From: a candidate division WOR-3 bacterium
GTDB lineage: Bacteria > Hydrothermota > Hydrothermia > Hydrothermales > Hydrothermaceae
NCBI GenBank assembly: GCA_039803745.1
Contig: JBDRZD010000041.1
Span: 1-17,228, forward strand
DNA: 17,228 nt
Direction of reading: 5' to 3'
Shown: piece by piece, positions 8,054-16,581 of the stretch
Layout of the letters: each line of letters opens with the position of its first letter
Position numbering within the stretch: position 1 is the first letter of the stretch
The notes under the pieces: model-generated
Seen by the model: the letters and a program-made list of their open reading frames with translations, nothing else
What the model was told of the DNA's origin: nothing
The model's database searches: none
Made by a program: the position numbers and the translations under genes

Positions 8054-9439
8054 TCAAAATCCCAACATTTTTTCAGGCTTTAAAATCTCTTCAACCTCTT
8101 CTGAAGTTAAAATCCCTTCATCTACAAGAACATCTTTTATCTTTTTATTCTCTTTATAAGCCTTAAATGCTATTTCAGCTGCTTTATCATATCCTATTTT
8201 TAAAGCAAGAGGCGTAATTATGCCTATACTCCATTCCATAAGTTCTCTACATCTTTTTACATCTGCTTCTATACCCCTTATACATTTTTCCGCAAAGATT
8301 TTTATTCCATTTTTAAGAATTTCAATTGAAAAGATCATGTTATAAGCAATAATGGGCATCATTACATTTAGTTCAAGGGGTGCATTCTGTCCTCCTATGC
8401 TCACTGTAAGTGCATTCCCTATAACCTGTGCACAAATCTGCATCATTATTTCAGGAATTACAGGATTTACTTTTCCTGGCATAATTGAACTTCCAGCTTG
8501 AATTGCAGGAAGTATTATTTCACCAATTGCAGTTCTTGGTCCGCTTGATAGAATTCTCAAATCATTCGCAATTTTCATAAGACTAACACAGAGAGTATTT
8601 AAACTTCCCATAAGATGAACAACAGCATCTTTTGCTGAAATTCCTTCAAATTTATTTGACGCCTCTTTAAAACTTATGCCTAACCTTTGAGAAATCTTAT
8701 CAATCACCCTCTTACCGAATTCAGGATGCGTATTTATTCCTGTCCCAATTGCTGTTCCTCCCAGAGGCAGTTCTTCAAGATATGAAGAATTAAATTTTAT
8801 CCTTTCTATCCCTTTTTTAATCTGTTCAGCATAAGATGAAAATTCCTGTCCCAAAGTAATTGGAACAGCATCCTGAAGATGGGTTCTACCAGCTTTTATA
8901 ATCTCTTTAAATTCCTCTTTCTTTTTCTTAAGTTCTTCATAAAGAATTTGGAGAGAACCCAAAAGTTCTTCTAATTTTATTCTCGCGGTTATGTGTATTG
9001 CAGAGGGTATAACATCATTTGAAGATTGTCCAAGATTTACATGGTCGTTGGGATGGACCGGCTTTTTATTTCCTAAAGGATAACCCAGTATCTCATTCGC
9101 TCTATTTGCTATAACCTCATTTACATTCATATTTGTTGATGTTCCGGAACCTGTCTGAAAGATATCAATAGGAAACTGATCCTCCAAATTCCCTTCAAGG
9201 ATCTCCTCGCATGCTTTTATTATAGAATCAGCAATTTCCTTATTAATAAGACCTAATTCTTTATTTACCTCTGCCGCATATCTTTTTATAAGAACAATTG
9301 CCTTTATAAACTCGAAGGGAAATTTTATTCCTGAAATTTTAAAATTATTTAATGTCCTTTGGGTATGCACTCCCCAGTATGCCTTCTTTGGTATCTCTAT
9401 TTCACCAAGAAAATCCTTTTCTTTTCTAAAATCTTTCAT
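8054..9439 (-). CDS. fumC: Class II fumarate hydratase (Fe-S independent)
   Basis: QTGSGTSTNMN (FumC-type, versus QGGAGT in AspA), HPNDHVNLGQSSND, GRTHLQDAVP, GSSIMPGKVNP. TAATG overlap with the upstream gene. Confidence 0.9.
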   Translation of the reverse strand: MKDFRKEKDFLGEIEIPKKAYWGVHTQRTLNNFKISGIKFPFEFIKAIVLIKRYAAEVNKELGLINKEIADSIIKACEEILEGNLEDQFPIDIFQTGSGTSTNMNVNEVIANRANEILGYPLGNKKPVHPNDHVNLGQSSNDVIPSAIHITARIKLEELLGSLQILYEELKKKKEEFKEIIKAGRTHLQDAVPITLGQEFSSYAEQIKKGIERIKFNSSYLEELPLGGTAIGTGINTHPEFGKRVIDKISQRLGISFKEASNKFEGISAKDAVVHLMGSLNTLCVSLMKIANDLRILSSGPRTAIGEIILPAIQAGSSIMPGKVNPVIPEIMMQICAQVIGNALTVSIGGQNAPLELNVMMPIIAYNMIFSIEILKNGIKIFAEKCIRGIEADVKRCRELMEWSIGIITPLALKIGYDKAAEIAFKAYKENKKIKDVLVDEGILTSEEVEEILKPEKMLGF

Positions 9440-9900
9440 TAACCTGTAGGATAGAAATATTCATCGTAAAGCAATTCCAATTTAAGTTTATGTCTTGCCT
9501 CCTCTTGAGCAAGGGCAATAAAAAGATCTTTTATTTCCTTATTAGAACTTTTATTTGCTAAATCTTCGTAAAGTTTGAAAGCCATCTTTTCCCTCTTAAT
9601 CGCGAGTATAAGTGCATCCTGATATGAAATATTAGGTTTTGGTTCTATATCCACGAGGTAATCACTCATCTTTAAATCAAGAATTCCTTGAGAACCTGCT
9701 TCAAGAAAGTCTTTTAATTTACCAGACTTAACCCAGAGAAGTTTTACCTTGTGCCCTTTTTCTTCTTCTGCCAGTTTTTCAAATAATGGCCTTATATCCT
9801 GCCTTACCTTATCTTTCCATTGTTCATAAAATTCATACTCCTCCTCTTCTCTTTTTATTGCAAAATCTAAAATCTCTTCAATTGATTTAAACTCGTTCAT
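9439..9900 (-). CDS. Ferritin-like (rubrerythrin/erythrin-type) diiron protein without a rubredoxin domain
   Basis: ILDFAIKREEEEYEFY...EEKGH and ALILAIKREKMAFKLY...EEARH internal repeat. SD GGAGG. Confidence 0.88.
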   Translation of the reverse strand: MNEFKSIEEILDFAIKREEEEYEFYEQWKDKVRQDIRPLFEKLAEEEKGHKVKLLWVKSGKLKDFLEAGSQGILDLKMSDYLVDIEPKPNISYQDALILAIKREKMAFKLYEDLANKSSNKEIKDLFIALAQEEARHKLKLELLYDEYFYPTG

Positions 9901-9917
9901 TTAAAATCCTCCAGAAA

Positions 9918-10337
9918 TTATATTTCTTCAAGTAAACTTGTAAATATATCGTGATGTTCCTCTTCATCAGCAAGTATTTTTTTGAAAAGGTCAGCAGTAG
10001 TTATATCTCCTTCATTTTCTGCTTTTTTTATTATTTCTTTATAAAGTTTTATGGCATTTTCCTCATCCATTTTATCCCTTTCTATCATTTCTTTTAAACT
10101 TTCTCCAACAAAAATTGGATCGGGTTTTGTTGTGGGTATTCCTCCAAGATATGCAAGTCTTTCGGCAATTGCCTCTGCATGTTTCATCTCTGTAATTGCT
10201 ATTTTTTTAAGTTCATCTTTCACAGCAAATCCTTTTACACCTTTCCATAGAACATGTTGCCACATATACTGGATGGAGACCTGCAACTCTCTTGCAATTG
10301 CCTTGTTTAAAAGTTCCAACAAATCTTTTGACACCAT
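9918..10337 (-). CDS. Short bacterioferritin-like protein (139 aa)
   Basis: Ferroxidase ligands E17, E50, H53, E92, E125, H128, plus Y24, EMKH containing the Bfr heme-ligand Met (M51), and ERLAYLGGIP. SD AGGAGG. Confidence 0.85.
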   Translation of the reverse strand: MVSKDLLELLNKAIARELQVSIQYMWQHVLWKGVKGFAVKDELKKIAITEMKHAEAIAERLAYLGGIPTTKPDPIFVGESLKEMIERDKMDEENAIKLYKEIIKKAENEGDITTADLFKKILADEEEHHDIFTSLLEEI

Positions 10338-10349
10338 TTTAACCTCCTT

Positions 10350-11528
10350 TTAAATTAATTTTAATTCTTTATGTTTTTGATATATCTTTTCAACTAAGTT
10401 TTTAATTTTTTCTAAATCTTCATCTTTGGGATACCCCTTAAATATGACTGGTTCTATCATTTCTATATCTATTCCCTTCAACAAATCTTCTATAAATTTC
10501 AAAATATTTGTTCCCCATAAAAAAGAGCCAATTAAAGAAATAAATTTTGTCTTTGGTCTCAAAATTTTAAATATATAGAGAATATAAAAAACATTTGGAT
10601 GAGGACCACCTAAAACAGTCGGAGTTCCTATAACAACTGTAGCACAATCTACAAGTGAAATGGCAAGTTCTCCTATATCTGTAACTATCAAATTAAAAGG
10701 CTTTGCTTCAATACCTTTTTTAATTAATTCCTTCACAAAATAATCAATTGCCTTATTTATACTACCATGCATTGAGACATAGGGAATAACCACACAATTT
10801 TTAACATTATCGGAAATCCATTCATTATAGGCATTTATAATGAGATTAGGTTGATCATAGACAGGACCGTGGCTTGGCGCAATAATTTCAATTTCATAAT
10901 TTTTAAGCTTTTCAAGATGTTTTATAATATGTTTTCTAAAAGGCATCATAATCTCAGCATAATATCTTTTTGCTCCTAACAAAAAATCATTCTCACCTGC
11001 CCACACTCTACTTGTTGCCAAATGAGAACCAAATAAATCACAGGAAAATAAAATCTTATTTTTAATCTCGTATGTTAATATTGTCTCAGGCCAGTGGACA
11101 AAAGGAGCATAGATAAATTCAAGGGTTTTTTCTCCAATATTAATCTTTTCTCCATCCTTAACCGTAACAATTTTTTCATCTGGAATAAGTAGCAAACTTT
11201 TTATAAATTCTTTCCCCTTTTCACTTGTAATAACTTTTGCATTTTCAAACTTTTCAAGCAACTCAGGTATTGCTCCGGAATGATCTTGTTCAGAATGATT
11301 TGAGATAATATAATCTAATTTCTCTATTTTTAATTCCTTAAGGGCACTAAATAATTTCTCTTTTGTTCTTGGGTCAGAAGTGTCAATTAAAACATTTTTT
11401 TCATCTTTTAAAAAATAAGAATTATAACTTGTCCCCTGTGGCAAAGGTATTAATTCATCAAAAAGCCTTCTATCCCAATCATTTGTTATTATTGCATACA
11501 CATCTTTTTTAATATCTTTAACAATCAC
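10350..11528 (-). CDS. fprA: Flavodiiron protein (A-type flavoprotein; O2/NO reductase), class A
   Basis: [33 protein letters not shown], flavodoxin domain SMHGS. The true start is GTG 11528 (AGGAGG-ttaaaa-GTG). The track's 11603 start lies inside the rubredoxin gene. Confidence 0.95.
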   Translation of the reverse strand: MIVKDIKKDVYAIITNDWDRRLFDELIPLPQGTSYNSYFLKDEKNVLIDTSDPRTKEKLFSALKELKIEKLDYIISNHSEQDHSGAIPELLEKFENAKVITSEKGKEFIKSLLLIPDEKIVTVKDGEKINIGEKTLEFIYAPFVHWPETILTYEIKNKILFSCDLFGSHLATSRVWAGENDFLLGAKRYYAEIMMPFRKHIIKHLEKLKNYEIEIIAPSHGPVYDQPNLIINAYNEWISDNVKNCVVIPYVSMHGSINKAIDYFVKELIKKGIEAKPFNLIVTDIGELAISLVDCATVVIGTPTVLGGPHPNVFYILYIFKILRPKTKFISLIGSFLWGTNILKFIEDLLKGIDIEMIEPVIFKGYPKDEDLEKIKNLVEKIYQKHKELKLI

Positions 11529-11691
11529 TTTTAACCTCCTTTTCAAATAAATCTTTACCTGCTCCACAAACAGGACATACCCAATCATCTGGAAGATTTT
11601 CAAAAGGAGTGCCTGGATTTATTCCATTTTCAGGATCTCCTTCCTCAGGATCATATACATAACCACAAATTTTACATATATATTTATCCAT
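11518..11691 (-). CDS. Rubredoxin (57 aa), not in the supplied ORF track
   Basis: Manual translation: [57 protein letters not shown]. Two CxxCG motifs, AAGGAAGAG upstream. Confidence 0.98.
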   Translation of the reverse strand: MDKYICKICGYVYDPEEGDPENGINPGTPFENLPDDWVCPVCGAGKDLFEKEVKSDC

Positions 11692-11714
11692 GTCTCTTCC
11701 TTTTTAAAAATTTT

Positions 11715-11744
11715 ATATTAAACCATTAAAATTTAAAATTTCAA
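11715..11744 (-). promoter_or_regulatory. Possible internal sigma70 promoter for rubredoxin-fprA and downstream genes
   Basis: In the 54-nt gap: TTGAAA, then either 18 nt to TAATAT or 16 nt to an extended TG-G-TTTAAT. Same -35 hexamer as the main promoter. Confidence 0.35.
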
Positions 11745-11745
11745 T

Positions 11746-12249
11746 TTAAAACTTTTTAAACCTATCTTTTTTAACACCGCATATTGGACATTTATCTGGT
11801 GGTTCTCCTATATAAGTCCATCCACAAACAGGACATATATAAATTTCCGGAATATCTAAATCCTTTCCATTTTTCAAACTCTCTTTTGCATTTTTATAAT
11901 ATTCTGCATGAATTTTTTCTGCCTCAATTGCAAAATGGATTGCCCTTTGGGCACCCTTTTCATTCTGGAGTTTAGCAATCGCATCAAAAGCAGGATACAT
12001 TTCCTCTATTTCATAGGTCTCACCCTGAATACCTGTTTCAAGATTTTCAATCGTATTTTTTATTATACCCAATTCTCTTGCATGATTTGTTGCATGAACT
12101 TGTTCTGCATAGGCAATTGCTTTAAAAAGTCTTGCTATATTTTTGAAACCTTCTTTCTCGGCGATTTCGCTGAAGATTAAATATTTCATATGAGCCATTG
12201 ATTCGCCTGCAAAGGCTTCGTTCAATGCTTTTTCAGTCATTTTTTTCAT
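11746..12249 (-). CDS. rbr: Rubrerythrin (peroxide reductase)
   Basis: AFAGESMA, AEQVHA, GETYE..MYP, AEKIH, C-terminal rubredoxin-like CPVCG...CPICG. SD AGGAGG. Confidence 0.96.
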   Translation of the reverse strand: MKKMTEKALNEAFAGESMAHMKYLIFSEIAEKEGFKNIARLFKAIAYAEQVHATNHARELGIIKNTIENLETGIQGETYEIEEMYPAFDAIAKLQNEKGAQRAIHFAIEAEKIHAEYYKNAKESLKNGKDLDIPEIYICPVCGWTYIGEPPDKCPICGVKKDRFKKF

Positions 12250-12261
12250 ACTTTCCTCCTT

Positions 12262-13122
12262 TTAAATTTCTATTTTTAAAAATTTTCTTGTAAAAAGACC
12301 TATTAAAAATGATACAAAGGCGACCCCAAAACTTATTAAAAGCATTTCAAAAAACATTTTTTTAAAAGAAATCTCTTTAACAACTGAAACAAAATAGGTA
12401 AAAATAAAAATAATAAAAAAGGCTATAAGAATAGTAATTAAAAGGTCAATATAGGGATTTCTTATTATAAAATAAGAAAATATCAAAAGAAGAACAGCAA
12501 ATATATAGGCAATTCCTGTATAAAAGGATGCCTTCAAGGGATTGCTTTTGCCTTCTGATTTTTGAGAGATGAATTCTGATGCAGCCATTGAAAGGGAGGC
12601 TGAAATCCCTGTTATAAATCCCGCAATTCCAACTATTTTTGGATTTCTTAAAGCGAATGTTAAACCTGCAAGAGCACCTGTAAGTTCAACAATAGCATCG
12701 TTTAAACCAAGAACTATTGAACCTATATAGTTTATTCTTTCCTCATCTATCATATTTATAAGTTCTTTTTCGTGCCCTTTTTCCTCATTTAAAATTCTCT
12801 CTCCATCCTGAACCAAGTTGCTGTAGTTCTCATAATTTCTTTGAGCCTTTTCTTCTCCTTTTTCCATAAATTTTAAAGCAAAGGTAAGTCCAAAAATTTT
12901 TTCTATAAAAGAATATAGAAATATTTTAAATCTGGAAGGTAAAACCTTTTTACCAGTTAATTTTTCAAGTATTTCATAATGAGCCAATTCCTCATTTGCT
13001 ATTTTATTAAGAATTTTTGCATTTTCACCCTTTTCCTTTTCAGAAAATTTTTTATATATAAAATATTCAGTTATTTCATTTTTTTGGAAACTTAAAATTA
13101 CTTTTTTGATTTCCTCATCCAT
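12262..13122 (-). CDS. Erythrin-VIT1/CCC1 fusion (MbfA-like iron exporter)
   Basis: N-terminal diiron domain (KNEITE, EELAH, KGEEKA, EEKGH) fused to a VIT1 membrane domain (VLGLNDAIVE, ASLSMAASEFIS, five hydrophobic helices). Confidence 0.9.
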   Translation of the reverse strand: MDEEIKKVILSFQKNEITEYFIYKKFSEKEKGENAKILNKIANEELAHYEILEKLTGKKVLPSRFKIFLYSFIEKIFGLTFALKFMEKGEEKAQRNYENYSNLVQDGERILNEEKGHEKELINMIDEERINYIGSIVLGLNDAIVELTGALAGLTFALRNPKIVGIAGFITGISASLSMAASEFISQKSEGKSNPLKASFYTGIAYIFAVLLLIFSYFIIRNPYIDLLITILIAFFIIFIFTYFVSVVKEISFKKMFFEMLLISFGVAFVSFLIGLFTRKFLKIEI

Positions 13123-13153
13123 AAAACTTCACTTCCCCCTCCTTTTTACTTCT

Positions 13154-13549
13154 TTAATCAACCTTTAACTCAATTGCATTAGCCCAGAGCCCATGAATAT
13201 TGCAGTAAGAAAGTGCATATAAAGTTCCTGATTTTGAAGTTTTGAAAACAAAAATCCCGTATGGCTCTGTATAAACTGTGCTTGTATCAGCACCCTTTGT
13301 TGATGCTCCATGGGATAAAAAATCAAATCTTGCAACCTGATAGGGAAATGTTTCTCCCTCTGGCAAAAAGTAAACTTCAATCCATGAGATGTGATGGGCA
13401 CTTGTATTTGGATGGGGAATTTCTTTACCAACACTCACTTCAACCTTTATATTCTTGTCTTTTTTAGCCTCACCTATAATCTCTATCACTGGAACATGCT
13501 TTTCTTTTTTCCAGTCAGCCTTTTGCAGCAGTTCTTCAAAATTTTTCAT
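13154..13549 (-). CDS. sor: 1Fe superoxide reductase (neelaredoxin, class II SOR)
   Basis: EKHVP, IPHPNTSAHHISWI and SYCNIHGLW give the His4-Cys iron site. No desulforedoxin domain. Confidence 0.95.
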   Translation of the reverse strand: MKNFEELLQKADWKKEKHVPVIEIIGEAKKDKNIKVEVSVGKEIPHPNTSAHHISWIEVYFLPEGETFPYQVARFDFLSHGASTKGADTSTVYTEPYGIFVFKTSKSGTLYALSYCNIHGLWANAIELKVD

Positions 13550-13553
13550 AATT

Positions 13554-14228
13554 TTACCTCCTTTTTTCTTTTAACTCTTTATAGCAAAACCACCAGTCAT
13601 AGCATTTAATTTCACCCTTTTTTGCCTTTTCAAGCCTTTCTTTTGCTGTTTTCACATCCTTTGCAGGCGGGATTATAACATTTGATCCAATAATTTCATT
13701 TTCAGGCCAATTGGCAGGTATCGCAACTTTCTCTTCATCACTTATTTGCAGGGCTTTTATCGCTCTTAAAATTTCATCAATATTCCTTCCAATTTCCTGA
13801 GGATAGTATAAAATCAACCTTATTTTTCCTTCAGGGTCAACAACAAAAACTGCTCTAACTGTATTTGTTCCTTTCCCTGGATGAATTAAACCGAGTTTTT
13901 CAGCAATTTCACCTGTATCTGCTATTATAGGAAATTCAATCTCTATCCCAAGTTTTTCTTTTATCCATTCTTCCCATTTTATATGGGAAAATACCTGATC
14001 TACACTCAAACCTATGAGTTCACAATTTAGTTCTTTAAACTTTTCAATTCTTTTCTGAAAGGCAAAAAATTCTGTTGTGCAAACAGGAGTAAAATCTGCA
14101 GGATGGCTAAATAAAACAAACCACTTACCTTTAAAGTAATCAGGAAGGTCTATAACTCCGTGAGTGGTTGTAACCTTCATTTTAGGGAAATCATCCCCAA
14201 GTAATGGCATTCTTTTTGTTATTTCCAT
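13554..14228 (-). CDS. Peroxiredoxin, Prx6 subfamily (thermophile type with C-terminal Cys pair)
   Basis: [30 protein letters not shown]-terminal CYDWWFC. Confidence 0.95.
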   Translation of the reverse strand: MEITKRMPLLGDDFPKMKVTTTHGVIDLPDYFKGKWFVLFSHPADFTPVCTTEFFAFQKRIEKFKELNCELIGLSVDQVFSHIKWEEWIKEKLGIEIEFPIIADTGEIAEKLGLIHPGKGTNTVRAVFVVDPEGKIRLILYYPQEIGRNIDEILRAIKALQISDEEKVAIPANWPENEIIGSNVIIPPAKDVKTAKERLEKAKKGEIKCYDWWFCYKELKEKRR

Positions 14229-14241
14229 TTTTTACCTCCTT

Positions 14242-15234
14242 TTAAACTTTTCCTTTAAATATTTTATAAATATATATTGTATAGCCTAAAACAAATGGCA
14301 TTCCAATAATTGCTATTAAAAGCATAACCTTCAATGTTAAAAAACTTGAAGAAGCATTATATATTGTCAAACTTAATTCAGGATCATTGCTTGCCCTTAC
14401 AAGATAAGGGAAGTGAATTGAACCGACAATTGCCCATAGAGTTATAAAAATTAAAGAGGAAAGTAAAAAACATATTCCATTTTTTCTCTTATTTATTGCA
14501 TTACCAAGAAAAATCCAGAAAATTATAATTAAAACTGCTAAAATCCATGGGATAATTTTTCTAAGAAATTCAGGCACCCATATAATTGTGGCTATAAATG
14601 AGAGAATAAAAAATACAATAAAAATTAACCATAACTTTTTGAGAATTTTATAGCTTCTTTCTCTGATTTCTTCACCAGTTTTTAAAACTGCATAACTCGC
14701 TCCATGAATCATTATTATGAAAAAACCGAGGATGCCGATTATAAGGGGATATGGTCTTAAAAGTGTAAAGAAATTACCTGTAAAATCAAAATTTTCATTT
14801 AATGGAATTCCTATAATAACATTACCAAGGGCAATACCAAATAAAAGGGATGGTAAAAAACTCCCAACTGTAAATGCCCATTCCCATAATTTTCTTCTTT
14901 TTTCATCATTCTGCCAGAATTCTATTGAAACAGCTCTGAATATGAGAGCAAATAGAACAAACATAAAAGCAAGGTAAAAACCACTTGCAACTGTTGCATA
15001 GGCATGAGGGAATGCAGCAAAAAGTGCACCACCACCTGTTAAAAGCCATACTTCATTCCCATCCCAGAAAGGACCTATGGATTTAAAAAGTCTTCTTTTC
15101 TCATCTTCATTTTTTGCTAAAAGAGGAAAAAGAGAACCTATCCCAAGGTCAAAACCGTCAAGTATTGAATAACCTGTTAATAAAATGCCTATAAGGAAAA
15201 ACCATATTATCCTTAAAATATCAATTGCTTCCAT
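14242..15234 (-). CDS. cydB: Cytochrome bd quinol oxidase subunit II
   Basis: ILDGFDLGIG, IGPFWDGNEVWL, LFAAFP, LTIYNASSS..TLKVM. Confidence 0.97.
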   Translation of the reverse strand: MEAIDILRIIWFFLIGILLTGYSILDGFDLGIGSLFPLLAKNEDEKRRLFKSIGPFWDGNEVWLLTGGGALFAAFPHAYATVASGFYLAFMFVLFALIFRAVSIEFWQNDEKRRKLWEWAFTVGSFLPSLLFGIALGNVIIGIPLNENFDFTGNFFTLLRPYPLIIGILGFFIIMIHGASYAVLKTGEEIRERSYKILKKLWLIFIVFFILSFIATIIWVPEFLRKIIPWILAVLIIIFWIFLGNAINKRKNGICFLLSSLIFITLWAIVGSIHFPYLVRASNDPELSLTIYNASSSFLTLKVMLLIAIIGMPFVLGYTIYIYKIFKGKV

Positions 15235-15245
15235 TTTAGACCCCC

Positions 15246-16571
15246 TTAATATCCTTCATAAGAAATTTCCTCAATTCCTTTTTTAACAAATTTTTTAACA
15301 AGATAAACAAAAATTATAAAGAGAAGAAGATAAATCAAAGAAAACATTATAAGGGAAAAAAGAACTTGTCCCCCACTAACTGAAGGCGAACCTGCATCCT
15401 GCGTCCTTAAAACTTTATAAACAGCCCATGGCTGTCTTCCAACTTCTGCACCTATCCATCCGAATTCATTGGCAGCATAAGGAAGAGGTATTGAGTATAA
15501 AAGAATTCTCAAATACCATTTTGTATCATATATTTTCTTTTTTAAAAAAAGTATTATTCCGATTAATGAAATCATTATGAAATAAACACCGAGATATATC
15601 ATTATGTGGTATGAATAAAAGGGCAAAATAACAGGTGGTCTTTCTTCTCTTGGGAAATCTTTTAGTCCTCTAATCTCTTTCTCAGGATTAAAACTCACAA
15701 GAAAACTCAGAAATCCGGGTATTCCTATATAAAAATTGTTTTTTTCATTTTTTTCATCCGGAAGTGCAAAAATAGAGAAGGGAGCAAAACTCTGTGTTTC
15801 CCAGAGTGCCTCATATGCAGCCATTTTTTCTGGTTGTGTATTTATAACTTGAATGGAATGAAAATGACCTGTGAAAAGCTGAATTATTGATGTTATAATA
15901 AAAATGGGTAAAGAGATTTTCAAAAGTAATTTTCCTTTTTCTTTAAATTTATTTTTCAAAATATAATAAGCAGAGATACCCGAAACAAGTAAAGAACCCG
16001 TTATCCATCCAGCAATTATAGTATGGATATATCTTATAAAAGTTGATTTGTTTATTGCAGCCTCAAAAAAATTTGTAAGGATTGCCCTTCCTCCTTCTAT
16101 TTTAAATCCCATAGGTGTTTGCATCCAAGAATTTGCTATTATAATCCATAATCCTGAAAGATGGGAACCAAAGAAAACAAGAAAGGCTGAAAGTAAAAAG
16201 AAACCTTTTGATACTTTATTCCTCCCAAAAACGAGAACACCAAGAAAAACAGATTCAAGGAAAAAAGCAAAAACACCTTCTGCTGCAAGAGGAGCACCGA
16301 ATATGTCTCCTACCATCCTTGAATAATTAGCCCAGTTATTCCCGAATGCAAATTCAAGGACTATTCCTGATGCAACTCCAAGAACAAAAACTATTCCAAG
16401 AATTTTTATAAGAAAATTTGAAATTTTAAGATATATTTCTTCTTTCCTTTTAAAATGGAGAATTTCTAAAATCAGAATAATCAGGGTTAAACCAAATGTG
16501 GTTGGTGGGAATAAAAAATGAAAACCAGCAGCAAGACCAAATTGAATTCTTGATAAAAGAATAGGAGACAT
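15246..16571 (-). CDS. cydA: Cytochrome bd quinol oxidase subunit I (short Q-loop)
   Basis: RIQFG..GFHFLFPP, EFAFGNNW, LAAEGVFAFFLES, ANSWMQTP, RYIH, QPEKMAAYE, YHIM, AEVGRQPW. Confidence 0.97.
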   Translation of the reverse strand: MSPILLSRIQFGLAAGFHFLFPPTTFGLTLIILILEILHFKRKEEIYLKISNFLIKILGIVFVLGVASGIVLEFAFGNNWANYSRMVGDIFGAPLAAEGVFAFFLESVFLGVLVFGRNKVSKGFFLLSAFLVFFGSHLSGLWIIIANSWMQTPMGFKIEGGRAILTNFFEAAINKSTFIRYIHTIIAGWITGSLLVSGISAYYILKNKFKEKGKLLLKISLPIFIITSIIQLFTGHFHSIQVINTQPEKMAAYEALWETQSFAPFSIFALPDEKNEKNNFYIGIPGFLSFLVSFNPEKEIRGLKDFPREERPPVILPFYSYHIMIYLGVYFIMISLIGIILFLKKKIYDTKWYLRILLYSIPLPYAANEFGWIGAEVGRQPWAVYKVLRTQDAGSPSVSGGQVLFSLIMFSLIYLLLFIIFVYLVKKFVKKGIEEISYEGY

Positions 16572-16581
16572 AATTCACCCC

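Noticed and set aside
8054..9439. Aspartate ammonia-lyase (aspA) as an alternative call
   Set aside because: The QTGSGT motif and the oxidative-stress context favour FumC; AspA typically has QGGAGT.
6934..10337. Encapsulin nanocompartment system with ferritin-like cargo
   Set aside because: No encapsulin shell gene in the window, and no C-terminal LxVGSL/LGIxxL-type cargo-loading peptide on the ferritin-like proteins.
11529..11603. N-terminal 25 residues of the 417-aa FprA ORF in the track
   Set aside because: They are an alternative frame of the rubredoxin gene; a strong SD supports GTG 11528.
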